Both the position numbers and the translations under genes were made by a program. Below the pieces are notes generated by a model. The model had not been told where the DNA came from. It worked only from the letters and a program-made list of their open reading frames with translations, and searched no databases. From positions 699 through 64,698 of the forward strand of contig VMFZ01000005.1 of assembly GCA_007376285.1 (NCBI GenBank): 64,000 nucleotides of DNA, read 5' to 3'. How positions within the stretch are numbered: the first letter of the stretch is position 1; the number at the start of each line of letters is the position of its first letter. This DNA is from Parcubacteria group bacterium Gr01-1014_17 (GTDB lineage: Bacteria; Patescibacteriota; Minisyncoccia; Phycocordibacterales; UBA10002). Of this stretch, positions 1 through 9,565 are shown one piece after another.

Positions 1-647
1 GGTTTTGTCGCGACCACAACTTTTACAGGTAAGTCGCGCACGGCGTCAAAAAGAGTTTTATAGTCGCGCCCTAAGTCGCGGCCGACGGATAGAATATACA
101 GCACCCGATGTTGGTCGGCGGCAAACATCGGGTGCAGGAAAGATTTCGCATCAATTCCAATATGGCGAAACACAATTTTTTCTGGAGCAATGCCGGCGTC
201 AATAAGCGGCTGTATTTGCGCGCGTGCGGTACAGACGATAACATCTAAACCCTCAATTGCTTTTTTATTGAACCAATGTAAAAACCCGCGCGGGTGGCGA
301 TGGAGCGCATTTGCAAGGTAAGTGTTGTAAATTACGAACCGCGGCTTTTTCCAGCGCAGGATTTTTTTTGCGAGAAATACGAGCGGGAGTCCTGCGCAGA
401 GAAACACGATGTCGTATTTTTTGATGGCGAAAATGTAGGGAAGATGAACAAGATTGAAAGAAACACGGCGCAAAAACTCCGGCAAACACCACTCAATAAA
501 CTCGGCATTTATGCCGAATTTTTTCATATAATTCAAGCCAAGCAGTTGGGTGTCTGGTACAAGCCCAAGCTTCCATTTTTCATAGAATGCCTTGCGTGAC
601 CCAGCGTATATATAAAGTACGCGAATGCGCTTAGGAATGTTGTTCAT
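1..647 (-). CDS. GT4 family glycosyltransferase, partial (runs off window start; absent from ORF track)
   Basis: Manual translation from ATG at 647 is open to base 1: MNNIPKRIRVLYIYAG...HIGIDAKSF...YILSVGRDLGRDYKTLFDAV, a typical GT-B/GT4 inter-domain motif. Confidence 0.85.
   Translation of the reverse strand, partial: MNNIPKRIRVLYIYAGSRKAFYEKWKLGLVPDTQLLGLNYMKKFGINAEFIEWCLPEFLRRVSFNLVHLPYIFAIKKYDIVFLCAGLPLVFLAKKILRWKKPRFVIYNTYLANALHRHPRGFLHWFNKKAIEGLDVIVCTARAQIQPLIDAGIAPEKIVFRHIGIDAKSFLHPMFAADQHRVLYILSVGRDLGRDYKTLFDAVRDLPVKVVVATK
101..135. repeat. Palindromic element copy 1 (12-bp stem, 11-nt loop) inside the GT4 CDS
   Basis: GCACCCGATGTT-GGTCGGCGGCA-AACATCGGGTGC. Confidence 0.9.
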
Positions 648-655
648 AATTGGCT

Positions 656-718
656 ATTATATAACGAAGTCGCCTCTACTTTCGTTGCAAAAACATACAA
701 TATGAAATTTGTTATAAT
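656..718. promoter_or_regulatory. Divergent -10 boxes, probably leaderless transcripts
   Basis: TGtTATAAT at 710-718 lies 6 nt before ATG 725; minus-strand TATAAT (656-661) lies 8 nt before ATG 647; no SD motif. Confidence 0.65.
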
Positions 719-724
719 CGCACA

Positions 725-2917
725 ATGTATAAATTTCTGACCGGACTTCCAATAACAGTTCGCTATTTGATTGCCGGAGGCACATCTACGGCAATTGACC
801 TCGTGATTCTGTATATACTCACAGAGTTTTTCGGATGGTGGTATCTTGCGTCGGCCACTGTAGCGTTTGTGGTGGCGGTTGTCGTTAGTTTCGTCTTGCA
901 AAAGTTTTATACATTCAACAACAGCGACATATCGCAAAAAACAGTCGCCGCACAAAGCACTCTCTACCTTGCGCTTCAAATTACCAATATCGGTATTAAC
1001 ACCATGCTTATGTATGCGCTCGTTGAATGGGCGGGCGTGTGGTATTTTTTTGCGCAAATTATCGCCGCCGCCGCTATCGCCGTTGAAAGTTTCTTTGTGT
1101 ATCGTTTTATCATATTTCACACAACAGCGCCTCTAGCGCATCGCGCGGCACAGGCAGTTGCTGTGCTCCGCTTTCACCACGTGGCTCTCTCGGTAGCTGT
1201 TGTTGTATCTCTTTTGTACGGACTGCACCATTTTTTAATGCCGCAATTTATGCCTGAGGGTTTTGTGTACAAGCCCATTACTTACGAGTCCGACCATGAT
1301 GCTGGCGGATACTACGGACCGCGTGCAAACGCTTTTTTTTCGCGCAACCAACTGGATTCCCCATCTTTTCTTCCTATTCTTAACCCGCTGATTATTGGTG
1401 GTCTTGGCAAGTTACTCGGAAGTATGGAACGGGCATATATTGTTTCTGATTTTCTGTTTCCGCCGCTTATTTTTCTTGCGGTATACGCGCTCGCGCGTGA
1501 GATACTATATCGCCGTCTTCCCTCACTCATCCTCGCTTCGATTTTTATTGTCTCACCGCTTGTCGCGCTTTTTATACCGCCTTTCAACGCGGCAACTCTG
1601 CATAATTTTTTCACAGAGTGGTTTCCAGCTTTCAGAGAGCCCGCGCTTCTACATTTCTCCAGTTTTGAATATCCAAAAATCACCTTTTTGTTTTATGTCT
1701 GTGCTTTGTTTTTTATTTTCCGCGCGGTTGCGCGCGGCGGAAGAAAAAATATATTACTTGCAGGTCTTTTCTTTGGGTCGCTATTTTACACTTATTTGTA
1801 CGATTGGGCGTATATAACTGTCTCGCTTTTCATTATGTTGGTTTGGTTTGCATTGCGGCGAGAATGGAACACGGCGAAATCATGCGCTGGTATTTTCGGT
1901 ATTGGCGCGCTTGTTTCTATTCCGTATTGGCTTAACTTTGCGGCGTTGCGCCGCTTGCCGCAGTATCAAGACATCATCTTCCGCATCGGCGGACTTGAGG
2001 TTGGGCGAAGCTTTCGGTTTTCGTCGGTATGGAAAACCTACGCTCGGCATATTGTATGGATTGGAGCGCTTGCCGTCACTTCGCTTAGACGCATCCCTCG
2101 CGCTGTGATTTTCCTGATAGCGTTGCTTGCCGCGTATTTTGTTGTGGTGAATGTACAGGCGGTACTTGGTTTTTCACCACAGCCGGACCATTGGTATCGC
2201 GAGACCTTTCTTCCAGTACTGCTTTCTCTTGGTGTAGTCGGCGTGTGGACATGGGATCGTTTTCTTTCTGCGCGCATTTCCAGAAAAACAGTGCGCATCT
2301 CCTGTTCTATCTTTTTAGTTTTGTTTTTCGCACAGGCGTTTTACATGCAATATTCACTCAGTCGCAACGATTCGGTCGTGTGGGGCGTGGAACGCCGATA
2401 CGCTGATGCATACGCGTGGCTTGCGGAACATACAGAAGCCGATTCTGTAGTTGGAAGTATAAGCGAAGCAACCAACCGCGACATTTTGCTGTTCTCGCAT
2501 AACTCTCTGTTTTTGCCGAGCGGAGGTACAACTCTTATGTCCAATGAGGAGATTTGGCAACGGTTTTATGTGCTCGCTCTTGCGTGGGAATGGTCGCCGG
2601 AGCAACTGAGCAATTTTGTGCAGAAAAACTCGTACTACTTTTTTCAAGATTATTACCGCTCGAGCGCGATTGACAGTTATTTTAAGACCACACATCTACA
2701 GCTGATTCCGGAAGATGAGTTAGCAATCCACATGTCCGAGTTCGTGGAAACGCAGCAAGATAGCACGCACTCAATACAGTACAGGTTGGATTATCTTTTT
2801 GTTGGACCGCGTGAAGAGGCAATTCTGCGGGTACCAGCATCTTTTGCAAAATTGCCGCTTGCTTATAACGCTGATGGCGTGAGAATATACAGAATAAACC
2901 ATGAAAGAAAGAGATGA
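725..2917 (+). CDS. GtrA-like flippase domain fused to a multi-TM GT-C-like membrane protein
   Basis: N-terminal ~130 aa GtrA pattern (RYLIAGGTSTAID...SFVLQKFYTF, 4 TMs), then many TMs and an extracellular tail (AYAWLAEHTEADSVV...LDYLFVGPRE). Confidence 0.75.
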   Translation: MYKFLTGLPITVRYLIAGGTSTAIDLVILYILTEFFGWWYLASATVAFVVAVVVSFVLQKFYTFNNSDISQKTVAAQSTLYLALQITNIGINTMLMYALVEWAGVWYFFAQIIAAAAIAVESFFVYRFIIFHTTAPLAHRAAQAVAVLRFHHVALSVAVVVSLLYGLHHFLMPQFMPEGFVYKPITYESDHDAGGYYGPRANAFFSRNQLDSPSFLPILNPLIIGGLGKLLGSMERAYIVSDFLFPPLIFLAVYALAREILYRRLPSLILASIFIVSPLVALFIPPFNAATLHNFFTEWFPAFREPALLHFSSFEYPKITFLFYVCALFFIFRAVARGGRKNILLAGLFFGSLFYTYLYDWAYITVSLFIMLVWFALRREWNTAKSCAGIFGIGALVSIPYWLNFAALRRLPQYQDIIFRIGGLEVGRSFRFSSVWKTYARHIVWIGALAVTSLRRIPRAVIFLIALLAAYFVVVNVQAVLGFSPQPDHWYRETFLPVLLSLGVVGVWTWDRFLSARISRKTVRISCSIFLVLFFAQAFYMQYSLSRNDSVVWGVERRYADAYAWLAEHTEADSVVGSISEATNRDILLFSHNSLFLPSGGTTLMSNEEIWQRFYVLALAWEWSPEQLSNFVQKNSYYFFQDYYRSSAIDSYFKTTHLQLIPEDELAIHMSEFVETQQDSTHSIQYRLDYLFVGPREEAILRVPASFAKLPLAYNADGVRIYRINHERKR

Positions 2918-3677
2918 TATTGTCGTGTCGGTCATTATTCCGCTGTACAATGAAGAGCAGCGTTTACATAAAACTTTCGCAGCGATTGAACAGTTCGGAT
3001 TTACACATGGCGTCCATCCTTTTGAAATTGTGTTTGTTGACGACGGTAGCCGCGATGCGACCGTCAAATTAGTGCGTGCATTCATAGCTAATTTTCTCGG
3101 GGCTCGACTCGTCTCACATCCGAAGAATTTAGGAAAAGGTGCGGCAGTACGCACAGGAATGCTTGCGGCGCGCGGAGCGTGGCGGCTTTTTGCGGATGCC
3201 GACATGGCGACCGACCTTAGTGAGTTTCGAAAGTTTATTCCGTTTTTCTCATCTGGCGCACCCGTTATTATCGGTAGTCGCCGTATTTACGGGGCAGAAG
3301 TACTCGTACATCAGTCGCGGTTACGCGAAATAATGGGCGGGGTCTATACGATGCTCGCTAATTTTTTTACCGGTGCCAGCGTGTCCGATTTTACTTGTGG
3401 GTTCAAGTGTTTCCGTGCAGATGCCGCGCACGCAATTTTCTCGCGCTCGCGAATTGCGCGGTGGAGTTATGATGCGGAAATTCTTTTTTTAGCTCACCGT
3501 CTTGGGTTTGCCATTCAAGAAGTCCCGGTGTTGTGGAGAAACGACGGTGCGACGCGCGTCCGGCTGTGGAAAGACGCGCCGCGCGCGTTTTTTGACCTAC
3601 TTCTTTTGCGCGTATATACGGCGATTGGGCGATATAGATTAGGCGCAGTAGAACATATTAGTCGCAATATATCTTGA
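2901..3677 (+). CDS. GT2 polyprenyl-phosphate glycosyltransferase (Alg5/GtrB-like)
   Basis: SVIIPLYNEE, VDDGSRD, NLGKGAAV, FADAD, DFTCGFKCF, WSYDAEIL motifs. Confidence 0.9.
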   Translation: MKERDDIVVSVIIPLYNEEQRLHKTFAAIEQFGFTHGVHPFEIVFVDDGSRDATVKLVRAFIANFLGARLVSHPKNLGKGAAVRTGMLAARGAWRLFADADMATDLSEFRKFIPFFSSGAPVIIGSRRIYGAEVLVHQSRLREIMGGVYTMLANFFTGASVSDFTCGFKCFRADAAHAIFSRSRIARWSYDAEILFLAHRLGFAIQEVPVLWRNDGATRVRLWKDAPRAFFDLLLLRVYTAIGRYRLGAVEHISRNIS

Positions 3678-3699
3678 TGCATAGGGGTTTTAAGTATAT

Positions 3700-5901
3700 A
3701 TGCGGCTTCTGTTTATTACACAAGCGATTGATGAACGCGACCCTGTGCTCGGGTTTGTGTGTGGGTGGCTTCGCGCGTTTGCTATAGAATTTGAGCATAT
3801 ATCGTCAGTGTGTTTGCGAAAGGGCGGGTATGATTTACCGAAGAATGTATCAGTACATTCTCTCAAAGAGGGCGCCAAACAAACCGAACCAGATGTTGAT
3901 AGGCGGCAAACATCTGGTTCGGTTTCTCGACTGAGATATGTATTGCGTTTTTTGCGCTTTGTATGGCGCACACGTAATGAATACGACGCGGTGTTCGTGC
4001 ATATGAATCAGGAATATATCTTGCTTGCGGGTGTTTTGTGGCGATTGCTCGGAAAACCTGTGGCGCTTTGGTATAACCATACTGCGGGCGGAGTGTGGAC
4101 AAAAATTGCAATTCGCCTTGCGACCGTTGTATTTCACACCTCGCCATACGCGTTTACGGCTGGAACTAAAAAATCAATCCGTATGCCTGCCGGAATTAAT
4201 ACTCAACTTTTCTCTCTTGTTCATGAAATACAGAGGACACAGCATTCAATTTTATATTTAGGAAGAATCGCGCCGATTAAGGGAATAAGGGAAATAGTAC
4301 AGGCGGCTTTAATACTACGCGAACGCAATGAAGATTTTTCTTTAACGATATGCGGAGATGCGCTTCCGCGCGATGCGGCGTACGAAAAAGAAGTTCACGC
4401 GCTCGCGGAGCCGCTCGCGCGGAAGGGGAAGTGTCGTTTTTTGAATGCAATACCAAACTCTGATGCCCCGAACATTTTTTCAGCGCATGAGATTTTTGTA
4501 AACCTCACTCCTTCGGGCAATTACGATAAAACTGTGCTTGAGGCAGCGGCATGCGGCGCAATCCCCATCGTTTCATCGTCCGCGTTCCGCGATGCCTTTC
4601 CGCATGAATTGTTTTTTGAAGAACGAAATCCACAGTCGCTTGCGGATGCGATTGAACGGGTATTTGCACTATCGGACAAAAGAAAAGAAGAAATTAAAAC
4701 ACCACTAAGAAAATATGTCATAGAGACGCACGATTTGAGTTTACTGGTGAAGAAAGTGAAAAAAGTTCTTTCCGCTAAGCGTGTTTATTATGTTGCAAAC
4801 GCTCGCATACCGACAGAAAAGGCGCACGGGATTCAAATTGCAAAAATGAGCGAGGCGCTCCGCAAAATCGGCGCGGCTCTGACGCTTGTCGTTCCACGCC
4901 GTGGGAAGAAAGTGTTGCTCAAAGATTTCTACAATCTTACGGAAGAGGTTCCGCTCATCCGTCTACCATCATTCCCATACCGCGCGAGCTTTCTGCTCGG
5001 CTCACTTTCTTTTATGATTTCTGCGTTTCTGTTTCTTCTTGCGCGGAAAATCCGAGGAGAAAAATTTTTGGTGTACACCATAGATATGGATCAATTCTCT
5101 TTTTCGCTTATTCCGTTTTTGCGGGTGCCGTACTTTGTGGAGATTCACGACGCGAAACGACGCGGAATCTTGTTTCAACGGCTATTCAATCGCGCACAAG
5201 GCATTTTGACGATAAATAACATTATTAAAAATAAATTATGCGCGCGGTTTGTGATGCCGAGCGAAAAAGTGCTCGTTGCACCGAATGGTATTTCCGAAGA
5301 ATTTTTTAAAGCGAGAAATATCAGTGCGGATAAAGCGCGTGCCGTGCTCAATCTTCCGCTTAACAGAAAAATTGCGCTCTACGCAGGACAGTTTTACGCA
5401 TGGAAGGGTTTGGAAATCTTGGCGGAAGCGGCGCGCCGCGCGCCGGCAATTATATTTTACCTTGCGGGTGGGACGCGCGAAGCGTTTGAGCGCATCACCG
5501 ACATCCGCGATATTCCGGCAAATATATTGTTTGGCGGGGTGCGCCCTTATACAGAAATGCCGCTTCTCATGCGCGCGTCCGACGCACTTATCGTGCTCGG
5601 CACTAAACGCGATGAGTATTCATATTTTCACACATCGCCGATGAAACTATTTGAGTATTTGCCAGTCGGAAGACCGATTGTCGCGGCACGGACTCCAGCG
5701 ATTGTTGATATGGTTTCTGAAAAGGAGGTCTTTTTTTACGAACCAGACAATGCAGAAAGTATGGCTCAAGTGACGATGGAAGCTATATGCAATAAAACTT
5801 CCGCCAATGAAAAGGTCTCCGTGGCGCGCAAACTTGCGGAAAAATATACATGGAAAACCCGCGCCGAAGCCGTTCTTACGCTATTGGTGAATGCTGTATA
5901 A
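3700..5901 (+). CDS. Tandem GT4-GT4 fusion glycosyltransferase
   Basis: First GT4 has LGRIAPIKG and DKTVLEAAACG; second starts RVYYVANARIPTEKAHGIQ and has AGQFYAWKG and SPMKLFEY. Confidence 0.9.
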   Translation: MRLLFITQAIDERDPVLGFVCGWLRAFAIEFEHISSVCLRKGGYDLPKNVSVHSLKEGAKQTEPDVDRRQTSGSVSRLRYVLRFLRFVWRTRNEYDAVFVHMNQEYILLAGVLWRLLGKPVALWYNHTAGGVWTKIAIRLATVVFHTSPYAFTAGTKKSIRMPAGINTQLFSLVHEIQRTQHSILYLGRIAPIKGIREIVQAALILRERNEDFSLTICGDALPRDAAYEKEVHALAEPLARKGKCRFLNAIPNSDAPNIFSAHEIFVNLTPSGNYDKTVLEAAACGAIPIVSSSAFRDAFPHELFFEERNPQSLADAIERVFALSDKRKEEIKTPLRKYVIETHDLSLLVKKVKKVLSAKRVYYVANARIPTEKAHGIQIAKMSEALRKIGAALTLVVPRRGKKVLLKDFYNLTEEVPLIRLPSFPYRASFLLGSLSFMISAFLFLLARKIRGEKFLVYTIDMDQFSFSLIPFLRVPYFVEIHDAKRRGILFQRLFNRAQGILTINNIIKNKLCARFVMPSEKVLVAPNGISEEFFKARNISADKARAVLNLPLNRKIALYAGQFYAWKGLEILAEAARRAPAIIFYLAGGTREAFERITDIRDIPANILFGGVRPYTEMPLLMRASDALIVLGTKRDEYSYFHTSPMKLFEYLPVGRPIVAARTPAIVDMVSEKEVFFYEPDNAESMAQVTMEAICNKTSANEKVSVARKLAEKYTWKTRAEAVLTLLVNAV
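3881..3925. repeat. Palindromic element copy 2 (17-bp stem, 45 bp, in-frame within the GT4 fusion)
   Basis: AAACCGAACCAGATGTT-GATAGGCGGCA-AACATCTGGTTCGGTTT. Confidence 0.9.
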
Positions 5902-5908
5902 TCATCCT

Positions 5909-6580
5909 ATGAAGTCTTTACTTGGAATTGCGGATTTTTTTGGACTTACAAAAAAGATCATTCGCACGCGAATAGATGCTTTTTTGCAGAAACACGCGAC
6001 AAACGAGCGGACGCTTGATGTGGGGGGAGGTTCTGGGCCGTACAAAAAGTATTTTCCTAACCGCGTGTGCATTGATAACGAGGCGGGCGAGGGGGTTGAT
6101 TTCGTTGGCGACGCCCACGATTTATCGCGCTTCCGTGACGGAGAGTTTGAGTGCGTTCTTTGTACTGAAGTGTTGGAACACTTGCATACGCCGCAGAAAG
6201 CGATTGATGAAATGCGGCGAGTACTTAAACCTGGAGGCACCATCATTTTGACCACCCGTTTTATTTTTCCACTCCACAACATTCCTGGCGACTATTTCCG
6301 CTTTACACGCTACGGTCTCGCACATCTTTTTCGCGATTGGACGAAAGTAGAAATAAAAGAAGAAGGCACAACGATGGAGGCACTTGCGGTATTATCTGAA
6401 CGGATTGGATTCCAGACGGAAACATTTTGGACAAAATGGCTGTCTGTTGACTGGCTTATTTTGGCGAAAATTATCCCGTGGTTTTCATTTTTGATTACCA
6501 AGGAATACGGCGAGGTGGGACGCAAAAATGAAACAAAAAGTATTTTAACGAGCGGATATTTCGTGATTGCGAGAAAGTAG
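5909..6580 (+). CDS. Class I SAM-dependent methyltransferase
   Basis: LDVGGGSG, EVLEHL, RVLKPGG, PGDYFRFT; TATAAT 6 nt upstream of ATG 5909. Confidence 0.88.
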   Translation: MKSLLGIADFFGLTKKIIRTRIDAFLQKHATNERTLDVGGGSGPYKKYFPNRVCIDNEAGEGVDFVGDAHDLSRFRDGEFECVLCTEVLEHLHTPQKAIDEMRRVLKPGGTIILTTRFIFPLHNIPGDYFRFTRYGLAHLFRDWTKVEIKEEGTTMEALAVLSERIGFQTETFWTKWLSVDWLILAKIIPWFSFLITKEYGEVGRKNETKSILTSGYFVIARK

Positions 6581-7732
6581 TATAAGTTCGTCGGCAACAC
6601 GCGCAACCATTTCTACAGTAATGTCTTCGCTTTGGCGGCGCGCTTCGCGCGCGTTGTACACAGTATTGTCCAAGATACCGAGCGCGGGCTTTTCGCGTGG
6701 TGCGGCGACCGTGCGGTGGAACTTTCCCTGCGGCGGCTGGATGTTTTCATACATCGGTCCTACGATGTCTATAGTTGGCGTGCCAAACGCTTCCGCAATA
6801 TAGACCGGTCCCGTGTCTGCGCTGATAAAAAGCGAAAACGAAGCAATGATCGCTTTTAATTCTTCCAATGAAAAGCGGTTGAGCGTATTAAGCGCGCTCG
6901 TTTCTTTTTTCACGGCACGCATCATTTTTTCTACTTCCTGCGCGTCACTGCCAACACCCAAAACGAGAATGCGCCCGCCGTGCTTTTGCGCAAGGTAGTC
7001 GGCAACTGCCGCAAACTTCTCCGGCGCCCATCGTTTGATGGGATCGCCGCCAACACCTGGCAAAATGCCGACTATCACATCTCGTTCTGGGGCAATATTT
7101 TGTTTCTCAAAGAAAGCGTTTACGCTTGCTTTCGCTTCTGCGGTATAGGTGAGCCGTTTGGTCGTATCGTCACTTTTAATACCGATGGGCTCAAGGAGCC
7201 GCAGATATTCGCGTGGCACATAACGCTCATTATAATGGGGAATTGCAATAACGGCGCGCAAAAGTTTTTTGTAAGTGCGCGTCTCGTAGGGAGAGTACCC
7301 ACCGACAATTTTCGGCGCGGCAATTGCTTTCACTCCGCCAGCGATAAGGAGCGTAAGGCCGTAAAGCGATGGCAACGGAAGCACGCCAAAGTCGGCGTGC
7401 TCGCGCGCGAGGACGCGCGCGGCGCTCCAAAAACTTTTTCCGATGACGATATACTTATCCACCTCCGGATGCCCGTGCAAAAGTTTTTGATTAACCGCAT
7501 CGCCTAACACCACAAGTCGCGCATGCGGGAAGCGCTTCTTAATCGCGTGAAAAAGAGGTGTCGTGCACACCATGTCGCCGAGTTTTGCTCCCTGCAGAAT
7601 AGCAATCTTACTGGGGTTTTTGGGCGCGCGTCTGCGCGCGCCGAAAAACACGACATGCGCCGATGCGAGTAGAAAAAGTCCAGCGTTTTTAAGCCGTTCA
7701 ATAACGGCGCGCCGCCATTTGCGAAATGTCAT
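6545..7732 (-). CDS. GT9 (ADP-heptose heptosyltransferase-like) glycosyltransferase
   Basis: LGDMVCTTP, KRWAPEKF, FISADTGPVYIAEAFGTP motifs of the RfaF/WaaC family. Confidence 0.88.
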   Translation of the reverse strand: MTFRKWRRAVIERLKNAGLFLLASAHVVFFGARRRAPKNPSKIAILQGAKLGDMVCTTPLFHAIKKRFPHARLVVLGDAVNQKLLHGHPEVDKYIVIGKSFWSAARVLAREHADFGVLPLPSLYGLTLLIAGGVKAIAAPKIVGGYSPYETRTYKKLLRAVIAIPHYNERYVPREYLRLLEPIGIKSDDTTKRLTYTAEAKASVNAFFEKQNIAPERDVIVGILPGVGGDPIKRWAPEKFAAVADYLAQKHGGRILVLGVGSDAQEVEKMMRAVKKETSALNTLNRFSLEELKAIIASFSLFISADTGPVYIAEAFGTPTIDIVGPMYENIQPPQGKFHRTVAAPREKPALGILDNTVYNAREARRQSEDITVEMVARVADELILLSRNHEISAR

Positions 7733-7788
7733 AGTGTGTCGTATTATAACGCTTTAGCCAGCCCGTTTGTTTTCATAAAAAAGCGAAT

Positions 7789-8655
7789 ATGAAAGAGAAA
7801 ATAATCGTGTTGGGCGCTGACCATAACGGAGTTGCGGTAAAAGCCGTTATTAAAGAACTCCTGAGTAAACTCGGATTTATTCCTATTGACCTTGGTCCGC
7901 ACACTGAGAGCGAGAAAGTTGATTATACGGATTATGCGCAAATGCTTGGGCATATCGTCAATAATGGCGATTCAACGCGAGGGATTCTTGTTTGCGGAAC
8001 GGGCGTCGGTATGAGTATCGTTGCTAACCGCTTTCCAAATGTGCGCGCCGCACTCGCGCACAGCGCGGAGGTAGCGCAAAAGACACGCGAGCACAACGAT
8101 GCGAATGTATTGTGTCTCGGCGCATGGGTGAACTCGCTTCCCGAGAACTTGCGCATTGTTCGTGCATGGCTTAATACTGAGTTTGGCGAAGGCAGACATG
8201 TGCGGCGGGTGGAAAAAACAAAAGAGCACTCGCGCGATAAGATTGTTTTTACAAACGGAATTTTTGATATTTTGCACAAAGGGCATATTGAACTCTTTAA
8301 ATTTGCAAAATCCCTAGGCGGGCGGCTTATTGTCGGAATCAATTCAGACCGCACGACTAAGTTGCTTAAAGGGAAAGGCAGACCCATCAATTCCGCGCAA
8401 GAAAGAAAAGCCACACTTGAAACCATACAATACATTGACCAAGTCGTTGTTTTTGACGACACAAAAACAATCGGCATTATCCAAGATGTGAAGCCGGATA
8501 TTGTGGTAAAAGGCGGAGAATGGACTTCTGCGGAAGTGCGACGGCGCGACAAAATTCCAGAAAAGATAGAAGTGCGAGTTTGCCCTTTGGTAATGCAGTC
8601 GTCCGGAATTAAATATTCTTCAACCAATGTTATTGAAAAAATCAAAAACAGATAA
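7789..8655 (+). CDS. Fusion of RpiB/LacAB sugar-phosphate isomerase and HldE domain II (HldC)-type nucleotidyltransferase
   Basis: GADHNG, DYTDY, CGTGVGMSIVANR, REHNDANVL, GRHVRRV (RpiB), then VFTNGIFDILHKGH, GINSD, KGRP, VKGGEW, SSTNVI (RfaE domain II). Confidence 0.9.
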   Translation: MKEKIIVLGADHNGVAVKAVIKELLSKLGFIPIDLGPHTESEKVDYTDYAQMLGHIVNNGDSTRGILVCGTGVGMSIVANRFPNVRAALAHSAEVAQKTREHNDANVLCLGAWVNSLPENLRIVRAWLNTEFGEGRHVRRVEKTKEHSRDKIVFTNGIFDILHKGHIELFKFAKSLGGRLIVGINSDRTTKLLKGKGRPINSAQERKATLETIQYIDQVVVFDDTKTIGIIQDVKPDIVVKGGEWTSAEVRRRDKIPEKIEVRVCPLVMQSSGIKYSSTNVIEKIKNR

Positions 8656-9565
8656 GCCGATTTTGGTTATTGGGGATGTCATTTTAGACATCTATCATTT
8701 TGGAGACCATCTTGCCGACTCCGAAGGAGTAGCAGTTGGGCGTGACAGAGAAACGCGCCACTCGTGGGGCGGGGCGGGACTTTTAGTGCGCAACCTTCTG
8801 GAGTTGGGACAAAAAGTATCTTTCATTTCTCTGGTAGGAGACGACCAATGGGGTGAATATGAGAAACAGTGGACGCACCGCAACTTGACGAAATATTTTG
8901 TGCGCGAACGCGTAAGAAAAACCGTCGTCAAAGAGCGGTTTGTGGTGGACGGTAAAAAAGTGTTTAAGTGGAATTCGTTAGAAGATAAAAGGACGAGCCC
9001 TGCGACCGGGAGGCGTATGCTCTCTTTGGTAAAAAAAATCCTTCCACAATGCAGGGTACTCGTCATCTCCGACTATCGGCACGGCCTTTTGAGCAGACAC
9101 CTTGCGACGCAACTGGTGACGCTTGCAAAAAAAACGGACATACCGGTTGTCGTTGATTCTCAGGTGTCGCAACGGGAGAGCAACCACCAGTGGTACGCTG
9201 GAGCCGATGTGTTTTGTTTGAATGAAGAGGAGGCGCGTTCCATTGAGCCTGCATTTGATGCGGAAAATATAGAGCGTTCGCTTCAGCAACTCTCCAAAAT
9301 TCTGGATAGTAAATATATTGTGGTAAAAAGAGGAGAACGCGGTTCGGTGGCACTTATATCCGGTGCATATATAATGTCGCTGCCGCACAAAGTCAAAGCG
9401 GTTGATTCGTGTGGTGCGGGAGATGCGTTTCTCGCGGCGCTTGCCTCGCGTGGATTTCCCCCCAACGAAGACGCACTTCGATTTGCTAACTTCTGGGCGG
9501 CGCTTTCAACCACCGTTATCGGCGCCGAACCGCCAAAATATGTGCAAAAATATGTACGGCATTGA
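8627..9565 (+). CDS. HldE domain I (HldA)-like PfkB sugar kinase
   Basis: LVIGDVILD, GGAG, ISDY, KRGERG, DSCGAGDAF. Confidence 0.85.
   Translation: MLLKKSKTDKPILVIGDVILDIYHFGDHLADSEGVAVGRDRETRHSWGGAGLLVRNLLELGQKVSFISLVGDDQWGEYEKQWTHRNLTKYFVRERVRKTVVKERFVVDGKKVFKWNSLEDKRTSPATGRRMLSLVKKILPQCRVLVISDYRHGLLSRHLATQLVTLAKKTDIPVVVDSQVSQRESNHQWYAGADVFCLNEEEARSIEPAFDAENIERSLQQLSKILDSKYIVVKRGERGSVALISGAYIMSLPHKVKAVDSCGAGDAFLAALASRGFPPNEDALRFANFWAALSTTVIGAEPPKYVQKYVRH

Noticed and set aside
7-80. Four GTCGCG motifs suggesting a tandem repeat or CRISPR
   Set aside because: Irregular spacing; they are ordinary codons (RD, AT) of the minus-strand GT4. No CRISPR array was seen anywhere in the window.
5-599. 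Plus-strand ORFs 5-205 and 294-599
   Set aside because: They are shadows of the real minus-strand GT4 (647 to <1).
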